Origin: a virus | Taxonomy: Duplodnaviria > Caudoviricetes | IMG/VR virus record: IMGVR_UViG_3300009873_000012 | Span: 6,136 to 70,135 of that record | Reading direction: 5' to 3' (one strand) | DNA: 64,000 nt | In this document: positions 28,739 through 39,000 of the stretch, in pieces | How positions within the stretch are numbered: the first letter of the stretch is position 1 | Layout: each line of letters opens with the position of its first letter | Translations under genes and position numbers: made by a program | The notes under the pieces: generated by a model | What the model was told of the DNA's origin: nothing | Database searches by the model: none | What the model saw: the letters and a program-made list of their open reading frames with translations, nothing else

Positions 28739-31700
28739 ATGGCTGATCCAGTAATCGGTATTAATGTTGCATTAAATCCTCCTACGGATATAAGGGGGAC
28801 CTTAGCGGCTGTACAGAGAGAACTGGATAGAGTTGGTCTAAGAGTCAAAGTTGGTGTACCTCGAGATATACAATCAGCCATTCAAGCAAAGGCTACAGCT
28901 GGTGCTCGCGCTGTTTCTAGACTATCAACTGCCCAAATTGATGATTTGTATAAGGCAACTGCAGCTCTAAAGGATTATGAAAGAAGAAGTAGAGAAGCAA
29001 CTAATGTAAGTGAGGATTTAGGTAAACAGGCAGCTATTACTTTTCGTCGTTTTGCTGGTTATCTTTTAGTTACGCGCACTATGTATGGATTAGCTGGCGC
29101 TATTAGATCAGCTACTGGAGAAGCTTTAAAACTTAATCGCGAGTTTGTTAAAATAGCGCAGCTTACAGATACTAGTGCGCGCGGAGTTTCTTCATTAAAA
29201 AGTACTACACTAGAACTTAGTAAAGCTTATGGTACTTCAACTCTAGAAATAGTTAAAGCCGCTCAATCGTTAGCTCAGGCTGGTAAAAGCATGAGTGATA
29301 TTGATCAGATTTTACGCGCCATTACTCCGGCTACTTTAGTAGCTGAATTTGGAGATCTCGCTAAAAATACTGAGAATATGCAGGCTTTACTTACTCAGTT
29401 TAATTTAAAGGCTAGCCAAACTGGTGATGTTTTAGACGTTTTAAACGTTATTACCAAAGAATATGATGTTAGTGTTCAAGAACTATTCGATGGGTTAAAA
29501 AGGTCTGGTTCGGCGTTCGGAGCATTGTCGGGCGCTATTAATAGTGTGGATCCAGCCAAAAACTTGCAAAGTTTGCGTGAATTTGCTGCGATATTTACTA
29601 CTATTATATCTACATCTCGTGAAAGTGCCGAGTCTGTAGGTACGGCACTAAAAACTATTTTGCCGCGTTTACAAAGACCTACTACTATTAATGCATTGAG
29701 AGAAGTAGGAATAAATATCCTTGATGAGCAAGGAAACGTAGATAAACCGTTTGAAGCATTTAGAAAAATATCTAGTGCCATTAAAGATATGAATGTTAAC
29801 GGACTACAATTTAGTAAGATTTTGGAAGAAATAGGTGGGTCTCGCCAATTTAATAAAGTTGTTGCTTTAGTTACTCAATTTGAAAAAGCGGAAAGAGCAC
29901 TAGCCATTTCTCAGAACGCCGCTGGTTCTATTGGGAAAGATGTAGAGATAGCTCAACAAGACTTCTTAGTACAACTCAGTAAAGTGCGCGCAGAATTTCA
30001 AGCGCTTTTTGTAGAAATTGTTAATACTGGCGCATTTGAGAGATTAGCAAGTTCGTTCATTACCGCAGCTAATGCTGCAGTTAAATTGGCAGACGCTCTA
30101 GTTCCTCTTTTGCCCTTGCTTTCAATTATTGGTGCCGGAGTTGCACTTTCTGGATTAAAAGGATTTGCAACTAAGTTTCGTACTAATTTTGGACCATCTC
30201 AATTATCTGGACTTAATAGTGGTGGACCCGTTGGATTTGCTAGAGGTGGTAAAGTTTCCGCAATTCTAACTCCTGGTGAAATAGTAGTGCCGCCAAAGGA
30301 GGCTAGTCGTTTAGGTTTATCTAAATTAGAGAGCGCTAATTCTTCTGGGAGTTTAGGTGGTTCTTCTTTGCGTTCATTTGCTGTAGTCCCAGGAACTGGC
30401 AACACCGATACAGTACGAGCAGGACTCGATGTTGGTTCTTATGTAATTAAGAAAAATTCTGCACAAAAAATTCTTCGCTCCCAACTTCTCGCAAGAAAAA
30501 ATAAGGGTGGGGCTATAGGTTTTGTTAATGGAGGTTCTTTATCTGCAGAACAAAGAGCTATTGGTTTGTCTTTTTCCAGAGAGTTTCGGTCTCTTGGTGG
30601 AACAGCAAAACAATTAGATAAGACATTAAAAGCTATTGTTGGGTCTACTAGAAATGCCGGCGACGCTATGGGTAGCCTAAAGAATATTTTAGATAAGTTA
30701 AGGAGTGGAGAGGTATCGCGGACTCCTACTGGGCGAGCGAAACAAAGTTCTTTAGATAAAGCCATATTAGCTGAACAACAAGCCTTAGGTAGAGCGCAAA
30801 AGAAGAGGCAAGCTGATGTTCAAGCAGCGATTGAACGCACTGCTATTCAAGAAGAAAGAACGCAGAGGCGCCTAGAAAAGGCGAAATTGAAAAATGCTGT
30901 ACAATTTGGTCCACAGCGTAATCCTCTTTTAGTTTTAAATAATCAAGAAGATATAACTCCTATTATTGCCAATTCTGATAATTTATCAAATGCGCAAAAG
31001 CGCGCACAAAGAAGAGCTGGTAAAAAAGGTCAAATTTTATCGTTTAACGCGTTATCACGAATTAATCAAGCGGCATTATTAAATAACGAAAGTCCTTTCT
31101 TCGAAAGAGATAGCCAAATTACTCGGGCTAGCGGTAAAACATTACCTCCCGGTTTTTTCTCAACAAAGACGCCCAACCTATCTAGATTTGCACGTTCATT
31201 AGGTACGCCTTCATTGTCTGGGCTAAATAACTTGTTGAATAAGCCAGGTGTTGGAATTGGAGCAGCTGTTTTAGCGGGATCGCTAGCACAATCTGAAAAT
31301 AAAACCGCTCAGGGAGCTTCTACTGTTTTGGGCGGCGCTTTAGCGGGTGGCGCCGTGGGTAGTGGTATTGGTGGACCTTTTGGTACTGTGATTGGCGCAG
31401 TAATTGGTGGACTAGCGGGTTTAGTGTCGGCGCTTGATAAATACAACAAAGAAATAGTTGTTGCAGCTATAGATAAACAAACTAAACAACTTAAAGAGGT
31501 AAAAACTATACGGGAGTTTACAAGTACATTCGATAGTAAACTTTTAGGACGAAGTAATGAAACAGGCGCTGGAGAAAAAGCGCTACAAGCTGGTACATTT
31601 TTTGCAACTGCGGGAACTTCTTCATTATTTAAAAAACTAGACCAATCAATAGGATTTGGGATAACTTCTGGAGCGCGCGGAAGAAGCGGCAGTATAGAGT

Positions 31701-33694
31701 TTGCGCAAGCTGCGACATTTGATGCGTTCGCGCGCTTAATAGGTAATAGTGACGACGTTAATTTAAATAAACTAGATAAAACCGTTAGAGAGAGAGAAAT
31801 AGGTACAGAGCGCGGTAACTTTCAGCAAAGCTTTGAACTCGCTATAGCGAAGGCGTTAGAACAGATTCAATCATCGCCGGGCAGTATAGGTAAAACTACC
31901 GAGTCTGTAAAAACCTTATTACAAGAAGATGCTGGTCTACTTGCTTTATTTTCTGAAAATTTAAAAGATGTAACCGACTTAGATAATCCGACGATCAAGA
32001 TGAAATTATTTGCCGAGGTTTTTAATGAAAAAATTGGTAAAGTTGCTCAAAAAGCCTCTGAACTTGCAGATAATTTAGAAAAAATGGGTCGAAGTTTATT
32101 AGATTGGGATGGAATACTAGATAAATCAGCAAAAAGACTAAATGATTTACAGTTTTTATCTTCTCAAGAGCAGCGAATTAATGAGCGACTTTTTGCGAGA
32201 GGGAGTAATCAAAATGAGTTTACGGGATTAGCCCCACTAAAAAATATATTTAGTGATTTGACTGGACGTTCTCAAAAAGAAATTATAGATAGTATTTTAC
32301 AAGTTCAAGAAAGGTCGGGAACGGGTGGGCGTTCTCCTATTTTTGATGCAGCGCTAGCCGCTGGCTTTGTACAAAACGATTTACAGCGTTCTATATTTAG
32401 CGCGACTCCTACTGATGATGCTGAAACCTTTATTCGTTCACAATTTAATGGCTTGCCAAGCGAGGCTACTGATTTAATAGAAAAACAATTAGAGTTATTT
32501 TTTCAAGATGAAAAAGGACTCGGTAAAAAAATTGGCGATTTACAAAAAAATCCAGAACTCTTACAGCAACTGAAGGACACACTTAACAGTGGTACTTTAA
32601 AGCAGGCACAAGATACTGCCGCCAAAGGCGTAGACGCGTTAAACGCGCGCACCGAAGCTTTAAATGAAGCTTTTAAGAAGTTAAGCCTGGAAGTTGTACG
32701 CGTGCAAACTGAAGCGCTTCGCATTAATGAAACGCGCAATAATGCAGCCGACTTTCAACGCAGTCTTCGCGGAGATACTAGCGCCAACATAGGTTTAGCT
32801 CAAGGTAGAGAAGCTTTCGATTTAAGACAGTTAACTGGACAAGGCGATGTTAGTGTAGCTAATTTGACTAGCCAACTAAGAAAATTAGATCAGATAGAAA
32901 CATTAAGCGCAGATGAAGCGGCACAACAAGCGCGCCTTATTAAGGCATTAGAGCTAACGGCGAGCGAAACACGCGTATTAGCCGAAGTAGAAAAGAAGCG
33001 TGCCGAAGTAGAAAAAACTAAAGGGGAAGCTCGCTCCCTAATAGAAAGGTTAGCTACGGGTGACAACAAAGCCATCGGACAATTTAATAGGGGTTTGCAA
33101 GATTTTGGTATTTTAAGTAAAGGCGGGGCTGCTTCTCTCACACCTGAAAGACGCGCTAATGCGCTCGAGGCATTTCGTGCAGTCAGTGGTCAATTTGGTA
33201 TAAAAGATGAAGATAGAGAAAGAACAATTAGTAGTTTATTGGGGAACTTTTTAACTCAGCGTGGTTTACCCCAAAACATAGTAAATAATGCCGTTAATGG
33301 TGGAGCGGAAGCTAAATCACTTTCCGTAATTGCTGAAAGTGCCTTTGAAAGAATGGCTGCCGCCCAACAAGTTTTAATTGATAGGCAGCTCGCTGGATTG
33401 GAAGTTGAGCGCGCTCAATTACAAAATCAGAATGCTATGACGCCCGCAATATTTGCGGAAATCTTCCAAACTAGTTCAAACAATTTAAATACTGGATTGA
33501 CAAAGTTTAATAGTTTAGTAGAGGGTGGTTTATCATTTGAAACTACGATTAAGCCGGTAACGATAAACTTGGCAATTAGCGCGCCTGATTTAGCGGGCGT
33601 TGCCGATGGATTGCGTCCCTTTATGGAAAGTTTAATTATGAATACCGTTCAAAAGAACGCCAGCCAAATAGCGGATACACTAAAAAATGTCTAA
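28739..33694 (+). CDS. Tail tape measure protein (TP901-like core)
   Basis: 1651 aa rich in Ala, Leu and Gln, with a core pattern (ELSKAYGTS..EIVKAAQSLAQAG; ESAESVGTALKTILPRL), a glycine-rich hydrophobic segment, and no Cys. Confidence 0.9.
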   Translation: MADPVIGINVALNPPTDIRGTLAAVQRELDRVGLRVKVGVPRDIQSAIQAKATAGARAVSRLSTAQIDDLYKATAALKDYERRSREATNVSEDLGKQAAITFRRFAGYLLVTRTMYGLAGAIRSATGEALKLNREFVKIAQLTDTSARGVSSLKSTTLELSKAYGTSTLEIVKAAQSLAQAGKSMSDIDQILRAITPATLVAEFGDLAKNTENMQALLTQFNLKASQTGDVLDVLNVITKEYDVSVQELFDGLKRSGSAFGALSGAINSVDPAKNLQSLREFAAIFTTIISTSRESAESVGTALKTILPRLQRPTTINALREVGINILDEQGNVDKPFEAFRKISSAIKDMNVNGLQFSKILEEIGGSRQFNKVVALVTQFEKAERALAISQNAAGSIGKDVEIAQQDFLVQLSKVRAEFQALFVEIVNTGAFERLASSFITAANAAVKLADALVPLLPLLSIIGAGVALSGLKGFATKFRTNFGPSQLSGLNSGGPVGFARGGKVSAILTPGEIVVPPKEASRLGLSKLESANSSGSLGGSSLRSFAVVPGTGNTDTVRAGLDVGSYVIKKNSAQKILRSQLLARKNKGGAIGFVNGGSLSAEQRAIGLSFSREFRSLGGTAKQLDKTLKAIVGSTRNAGDAMGSLKNILDKLRSGEVSRTPTGRAKQSSLDKAILAEQQALGRAQKKRQADVQAAIERTAIQEERTQRRLEKAKLKNAVQFGPQRNPLLVLNNQEDITPIIANSDNLSNAQKRAQRRAGKKGQILSFNALSRINQAALLNNESPFFERDSQITRASGKTLPPGFFSTKTPNLSRFARSLGTPSLSGLNNLLNKPGVGIGAAVLAGSLAQSENKTAQGASTVLGGALAGGAVGSGIGGPFGTVIGAVIGGLAGLVSALDKYNKEIVVAAIDKQTKQLKEVKTIREFTSTFDSKLLGRSNETGAGEKALQAGTFFATAGTSSLFKKLDQSIGFGITSGARGRSGSIEFAQAATFDAFARLIGNSDDVNLNKLDKTVREREIGTERGNFQQSFELAIAKALEQIQSSPGSIGKTTESVKTLLQEDAGLLALFSENLKDVTDLDNPTIKMKLFAEVFNEKIGKVAQKASELADNLEKMGRSLLDWDGILDKSAKRLNDLQFLSSQEQRINERLFARGSNQNEFTGLAPLKNIFSDLTGRSQKEIIDSILQVQERSGTGGRSPIFDAALAAGFVQNDLQRSIFSATPTDDAETFIRSQFNGLPSEATDLIEKQLELFFQDEKGLGKKIGDLQKNPELLQQLKDTLNSGTLKQAQDTAAKGVDALNARTEALNEAFKKLSLEVVRVQTEALRINETRNNAADFQRSLRGDTSANIGLAQGREAFDLRQLTGQGDVSVANLTSQLRKLDQIETLSADEAAQQARLIKALELTASETRVLAEVEKKRAEVEKTKGEARSLIERLATGDNKAIGQFNRGLQDFGILSKGGAASLTPERRANALEAFRAVSGQFGIKDEDRERTISSLLGNFLTQRGLPQNIVNNAVNGGAEAKSLSVIAESAFERMAAAQQVLIDRQLAGLEVERAQLQNQNAMTPAIFAEIFQTSSNNLNTGLTKFNSLVEGGLSFETTIKPVTINLAISAPDLAGVADGLRPFMESLIMNTVQKNASQIADTLKNV

Positions 33695-35189
33695 CAATAT
33701 TGTATTTAAAATTAATGAGTATACGATGGAACCGGCGCCTATGATAGCGCTGACCAAGAACTTTATTCGTACGGGTTCTGGTGAGGTTATCAATGTTGTT
33801 TACAATGCCGAAATTACTGGGGTATTAACTACACTCAGTATAGGGTGTATTGGTGGGATCGGGATCACAATAGACTTGTTGAATGAGATGAGGAGCGCGC
33901 TTTGTAATTGTAGTTGCGCCGACATGGAGTTGACTTGTAATGATGAAGTTTTATTAAAGGCGAATGTACGTATTAATAGTATCCAATTTGATAAAAGCAA
34001 TGATAATTGGGTGTTCACTATACCTTACAGTATGTCAGTCGAGTGGGATTCTCTTGAAGAGACACTACCTAGTGGCTCTGAGTATTTACTATGTCACTCT
34101 TGCTTACGTCAGGTGAATGAAACGTGGGAAGTCTCATACTTAGATGGTTATCATAAATACATTTTAGATTGTTCGGGTTTTACCAACCCAGAGTATCTTT
34201 CGGTCTCTCATAATGTAAGCGCGACTGCCGTAGACTGCTGTGTTGCCTCTGGCGACCCTATTCCGGGCTGGGAAGTTGCTCGCTCTTGGGTATTAGACCA
34301 TATCGGATATGATGCTGACATGGTTGATTCGTCCGGTGTATTCGGATTTGATGCGTCTACCTTTTCGGGGTGTGAACACGTTCGCGTAAAAAATATTGAT
34401 AAATATAATGGGAGTTTCTCCGTTAATGAAACTTGGATTGCCGTCTCAAATTCTGGAAGTCCGACTTGTCTTGAAGAATTCACCATAGAGACCACTTCAG
34501 ATAATACGAGAAGAACAAAGTCACACAGCATAAGCGGGACTATAACGGGCTTGGAAAAGCGCGATGCAGATTTTAATTTAATAACGACCAAATTTGAATC
34601 AGCGTTAGCTTGCTGGAGCGGAGTAGAACCAATACTTTATGAGAGAATAGAATGTGCGGGAAACTCTGGTATTTGTCCGGTTAATCCTATTCCAGTATCG
34701 TCTACTGTGGGAAAGAATCCGGTGGCTGGGGTTGTGACGTACAATTATAGCTATGATGATAGACCGCTCTCTCTAATTAGCGGCGCATTATCCGAGTCAA
34801 TAAATTTTTCAGATACCCGTCGTAGTGAGCAGTACGCACCGATTCCTATTTTGGGGCGCTCTCAAGGACCTCTGATCATGAGTTGTGGAAGTACGAATGA
34901 ATTTGTAAAGTCAATTTCTATTTCAGCTGTATTGCCATATCCTTCTGGTTGTGCTCCCGCAACAGCTAATGCGTGTTCGCGCTTCATGTCGTTATTGGAA
35001 GCTGAGCCAAATTCTGAGACTGAGGAATTTTTGTGTTGTTATGAAGCCATATTGCTGAGTGGTTATGATGTGGTGATCCGCAATAATGATAGTTCTAGTT
35101 ACGATATAAATTCTGGTGCGTATTCGCGCTCAGTAAGTTGGGTAGTCCAAAATTGTAATGATGGGTTGCCTGGAGGTTATTGCGATTGA
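33687..35189 (+). CDS. Distal tail/hub-like protein
   Basis: Follows the tape measure gene; beta-rich; 22 Cys in 500 aa. Confidence 0.55.
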   Translation: MSNNIVFKINEYTMEPAPMIALTKNFIRTGSGEVINVVYNAEITGVLTTLSIGCIGGIGITIDLLNEMRSALCNCSCADMELTCNDEVLLKANVRINSIQFDKSNDNWVFTIPYSMSVEWDSLEETLPSGSEYLLCHSCLRQVNETWEVSYLDGYHKYILDCSGFTNPEYLSVSHNVSATAVDCCVASGDPIPGWEVARSWVLDHIGYDADMVDSSGVFGFDASTFSGCEHVRVKNIDKYNGSFSVNETWIAVSNSGSPTCLEEFTIETTSDNTRRTKSHSISGTITGLEKRDADFNLITTKFESALACWSGVEPILYERIECAGNSGICPVNPIPVSSTVGKNPVAGVVTYNYSYDDRPLSLISGALSESINFSDTRRSEQYAPIPILGRSQGPLIMSCGSTNEFVKSISISAVLPYPSGCAPATANACSRFMSLLEAEPNSETEEFLCCYEAILLSGYDVVIRNNDSSSYDINSGAYSRSVSWVVQNCNDGLPGGYCD

Positions 35190-35214
35190 CAGAAAATTAC
35201 TTTTATAGTATAAT
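35186..35214 (+). promoter_or_regulatory. Perfect sigma70 consensus promoter TTGACA-N17-TATAAT
   Basis: TTGACA at 35186-35191 includes the upstream TGA stop, the spacer is 17 nt, TATAAT is at 35209-35214, and the SD AAGGAG at 35241 precedes the ATG at 35253. Confidence 0.85.
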
Positions 35215-35252
35215 AAAAAATTATTGTAGAAAGACTTTTTAAGGAGATTAGA

Positions 35253-36029
35253 ATGACTAAAGTAATAAACTACGGGCAATGCCACTGTGGGTGCCAAAAT
35301 TTCACCGCTATTGCTAAACAGACAGATAAGAAAAAAGGACATGTTAAAGGTGAGCCTAAAAAATATATTCAAGGACATAGTGAACGATCCAGTGATTATC
35401 ATGATCCTATTTTGGAAAGAATGAAAAAGCGATTTATAAAGCGCGAAAACGGATGCTGGGAGTGGATAGGAACTAAAAGTCAATGTGGCTATGGAGTTAT
35501 TAGCGTTGGTGGTATCAAAGTTTTTGCTCATAGATTAATGTATACATTATTTAATGGAATAATCCCAGATGGAATATTTGTGTGTCACAAGTGCGACAAT
35601 CCTTCGTGCTGCCGATGGGACCATTTATTTTTGGGTACAGTTCAGGAAAATTCACGGGATATGGTGAATAAAAATCGGCAAGCCAAAGGTGAGAATATTG
35701 GATCGGCAAAATTAACGGAACATGATGTTTTAAATATTAGACAAGATACTAGACCAACAAAAGAAATAGCCGCTGAGTATAATATAGATTCAGCATATGT
35801 TTGTAGATTAAAAAAACGATGTAAATGGAGACATCTTGATGGACCACCAAGTTCTTTTATTAATTATGGCGTGGGAGAAAAACACGGAATGGCAAAGTTA
35901 CAAGAATCAGACATACTAAAAATAAGAAATGATAATAGAACTCTTCAAGAAATAGCTAAAGACTACGACGTTACTAAAACAACAATCTGCAATGTGAAAA
36001 ACCGTCGAACTTGGAAAAATATAAAATAA
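35253..36029 (+). CDS. HNH homing endonuclease with N-terminal CxCGC motif and two C-terminal HTH-like repeats
   Basis: CHCGC, CWEWIG...GYG...AHR...VCHKCDNPSCCRWDHLFLGT..EN..DM, then two GE..G.AKL.E.D.L.IR repeats. Confidence 0.9.
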   Translation: MTKVINYGQCHCGCQNFTAIAKQTDKKKGHVKGEPKKYIQGHSERSSDYHDPILERMKKRFIKRENGCWEWIGTKSQCGYGVISVGGIKVFAHRLMYTLFNGIIPDGIFVCHKCDNPSCCRWDHLFLGTVQENSRDMVNKNRQAKGENIGSAKLTEHDVLNIRQDTRPTKEIAAEYNIDSAYVCRLKKRCKWRHLDGPPSSFINYGVGEKHGMAKLQESDILKIRNDNRTLQEIAKDYDVTKTTICNVKNRRTWKNIK

Positions 36030-36038
36030 GGTTGAATA

Positions 36039-39000
36039 ATGAGCCCGCTTAAATATTCCGGATGTGACGATTGTATCACAGTAGACAATAGTGTCCAAAC
36101 AATGTACTTGGGTTGCTCGATATCAACAGTGAGCTGTTCAATCGGTTGGAATGGCTCGGGCTCGTCTTACAGTGTAGTTTTGGCAGAGGACAGCTGTGTT
36201 GGACCAAGAGTCTACTGGGACGAATGCCTAGAGCATCACAGTGAGAATACCGCCGACTTTGGCTTCTTTGGTGAAGATCGTTATGAACGCGCAAATGGAA
36301 CCCAATACAGCTCGTGTATTAAAGAGGATCCTTCGGATACCTTAGTGCGTGCCGCAATCGAGCTTAATGGTCTTCCCTCTTTCCTTAGAATTGGCGAATT
36401 TGAAATTTGCGGAATCATCTCTAGTTGGACTCGTAATAATACTTGTCCCGTCACTTACAGTGTAACTTTAGCAGATACGAGAATTATTTTGCAGGGTGTC
36501 TCTCTTATAATTTCTGATTATGCTGGACGTGTTGACCAAACAATTCCACTAATTGATGGGGGAACTAACTGCCCATCTACAAATTTATTTAATGTTTTTG
36601 GATTTGCTGAGCAATTTGGATTATATTGTCCCGAATTTTCCCAGTGTGCGCCTTGTGTTTACGCAAGTAGTGCAACGTGTCCTACGGCAGTAGATGGAAT
36701 AGTACACGGTTCGCCCTTTAATGGATTTGGCGGCTCTAATTGGAATGAGCAAGGAATGCCTTGTTCTACAATACAGTTAGCTTTTAACTTAATGGCTAAT
36801 ACCTTACCGGCTACCCCAACTGTATTTTCTCCTTATGGGCGCGTCGTATATGCAAAAACAGATATTCCAATATCTCTAGTTGGAGATGCTTGCGGCTTAA
36901 TGCAGCCTGACGAATCTGTTGATGCGTGTACAGATTTAAATAATTTCTATTTTGTCGACATTAGCGAGTTACCCACACCTCCCATAAATTATAGATTTTC
37001 CGGCACCGCCGTTACCCTGATGGAAGTTATAGATAGGTTGTCACAGGATTTCGGCTTTGAATATTATGTTGATTTGGTCCCTGTCAAAGTAGAGGGAACT
37101 CCATGTGTCTACAAATTTATTAAAATTCGAGTAGTTTATAGGACTACCCAACCTAATTTGGACGCCATTTGTTCATTTATAGAGAGTGCTGACTGTCAAG
37201 TAGAATCTACAATAGGAAGAGAATTACGCAGCGAAACTACTTCGCGCTTCATCATAGGTGGTAACAAGTACAGTATTTATCAAGCTTGTCAAAGTACGGA
37301 TCCAGAGGGCGTAGGCGATGGAACTATAGCCTCCATCGATTCTTGTGCGGGCGAAACTTCTTATGTCACCAATACGGGATGTACCGCCATTGATGATATG
37401 ATTGTGCCATACTTCGGCACCCACTATAATGGGGATTTAATAGATGCATGTTTAGATGCTAGTGGCTACTGGTATTTTAATGCGCCCACTTTCGAGGTTA
37501 ACTCCAGTCTACAATGTACGGGATTTTCCTCGCCCACTATTACGATAGGGGAAAAAGAGCTTCTTTCAGCGCTAGCTGGTTTTGAAAACTGGAAGACTTA
37601 CATAAGTGTGTTGAATACACCGACTTGGCAGGCAATAAGTCAGGTTACTCCCACTCTAGCATTACGAAGTTTTGGTTTAACTATAAATGCGCTTGTAGCA
37701 GATGGTAAAATAGCGGCGCGTGATTTGGTTAACCCACACGTAGATAAGTTTGGCGTAGCCGACGATCCGTTGGATGCGCGCTGTATGGATGACGAGGAGA
37801 ACATTTACCAATGGGTATTTAAGTATGCTAGCGACTATTATGGAAAAAGATTTGCCGTCAGAGTGCCTTTCTCATGTTGTTGGGCGGACTACGAGAACGG
37901 TAAACTAAGAGTAAGCGATTTACCCTCTAATGATGGTGGATGGACCGAAGTCCCAACTGTAATAGGTTTATATAATGGTGGTCCTCTATCAGTGGGCGCC
38001 TTCGAATATTTAAACTTTTTCCGCGCTGAAGACGGGCGCATTTTACCATTTGTTAAGTTCACCTGCGCCCTACTTTTGGATACTACCTCGCTCGCCGTAG
38101 ACGACTACTTCTACTATTATAATATAACGGATGGGCTTAGCGACGTAGATAGTGGAGCAGGACCCCCCTCAGCAGTACCAATGGCGGGCGCCAACAGGGT
38201 TTATATAGACACTCTCTCCAACCAAATTTACATTTATTATTATACTACTGCAGAGTGGTTGCCTATACAGGCTGTTCCTACTTTAGTAAATAGCGGCGTG
38301 CCCTCTAATACGACAGTATGCGCTCCAGCATCAAGATTTGGAACACTTCCTGTAGATATTCCTATCTATATAGATAAGGATACTTGTACAGTTTATATCT
38401 CTTATAAGTTGCCAGACTATACAGAGACTGACGGAACAGTGTGCGCCAATAGTGATATCGATTACACAATAGAGGCTACTGTCGACCTATACGTTAAGGC
38501 TCAAGTAGAAGAAACTTATAAGTTTTTCGATCATCATTGCTGCTTTGCACCACGCGTCGTTGTTGAAATACCACAAGCTATCATGTTTAGAAATAATGAG
38601 GACTCGTGGTTTATTAATGGGATTGAGGAGGCGGTTTGTAACTATATAGATTTGGTTAATAGTGATCCTGTAGCAGCTGGTGTTGAGTTATGTGTGCCGG
38701 GTCCTCTAGATTGCGAAACTTTAAAAGCTCAATTAAAAACCTCAGTCTTAAATAGTATTGGTGGTCCAGATGCCTGGATAAATATACAGAGAAGATCACC
38801 TCTTATTAGTGCGGCGGCTTTTCCAATTAGGAGCACCACTATTTCTTATGGACCGTGGACTAATCCTAGCTCTGCTGGCGGCAATATAGAGGTTACTCAA
38901 GACCCAGGTTTAGTACCGTGGAATTTTGGCAGTTACGCTGGAATGAATACCGCTGGTCAATTTTTGGCTGATGCTGGTCGTACTGACATGCTAGTTGGAG

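Noticed and set aside
28733-28741. Read-through fusion of the chaperone and tape measure genes (same frame, TAA AAT ATG)
   Set aside because: TAA is rarely read through, the same frame occurs by chance one time in three, and no stimulatory element is visible.
30230-30480. FARGG...PGE and PGTG.TD.V motifs in the tape measure as a separate enzymatic domain
   Set aside because: This Gly-rich motif is common in tape measure proteins, and no catalytic signature (lysozyme, peptidase) could be identified.
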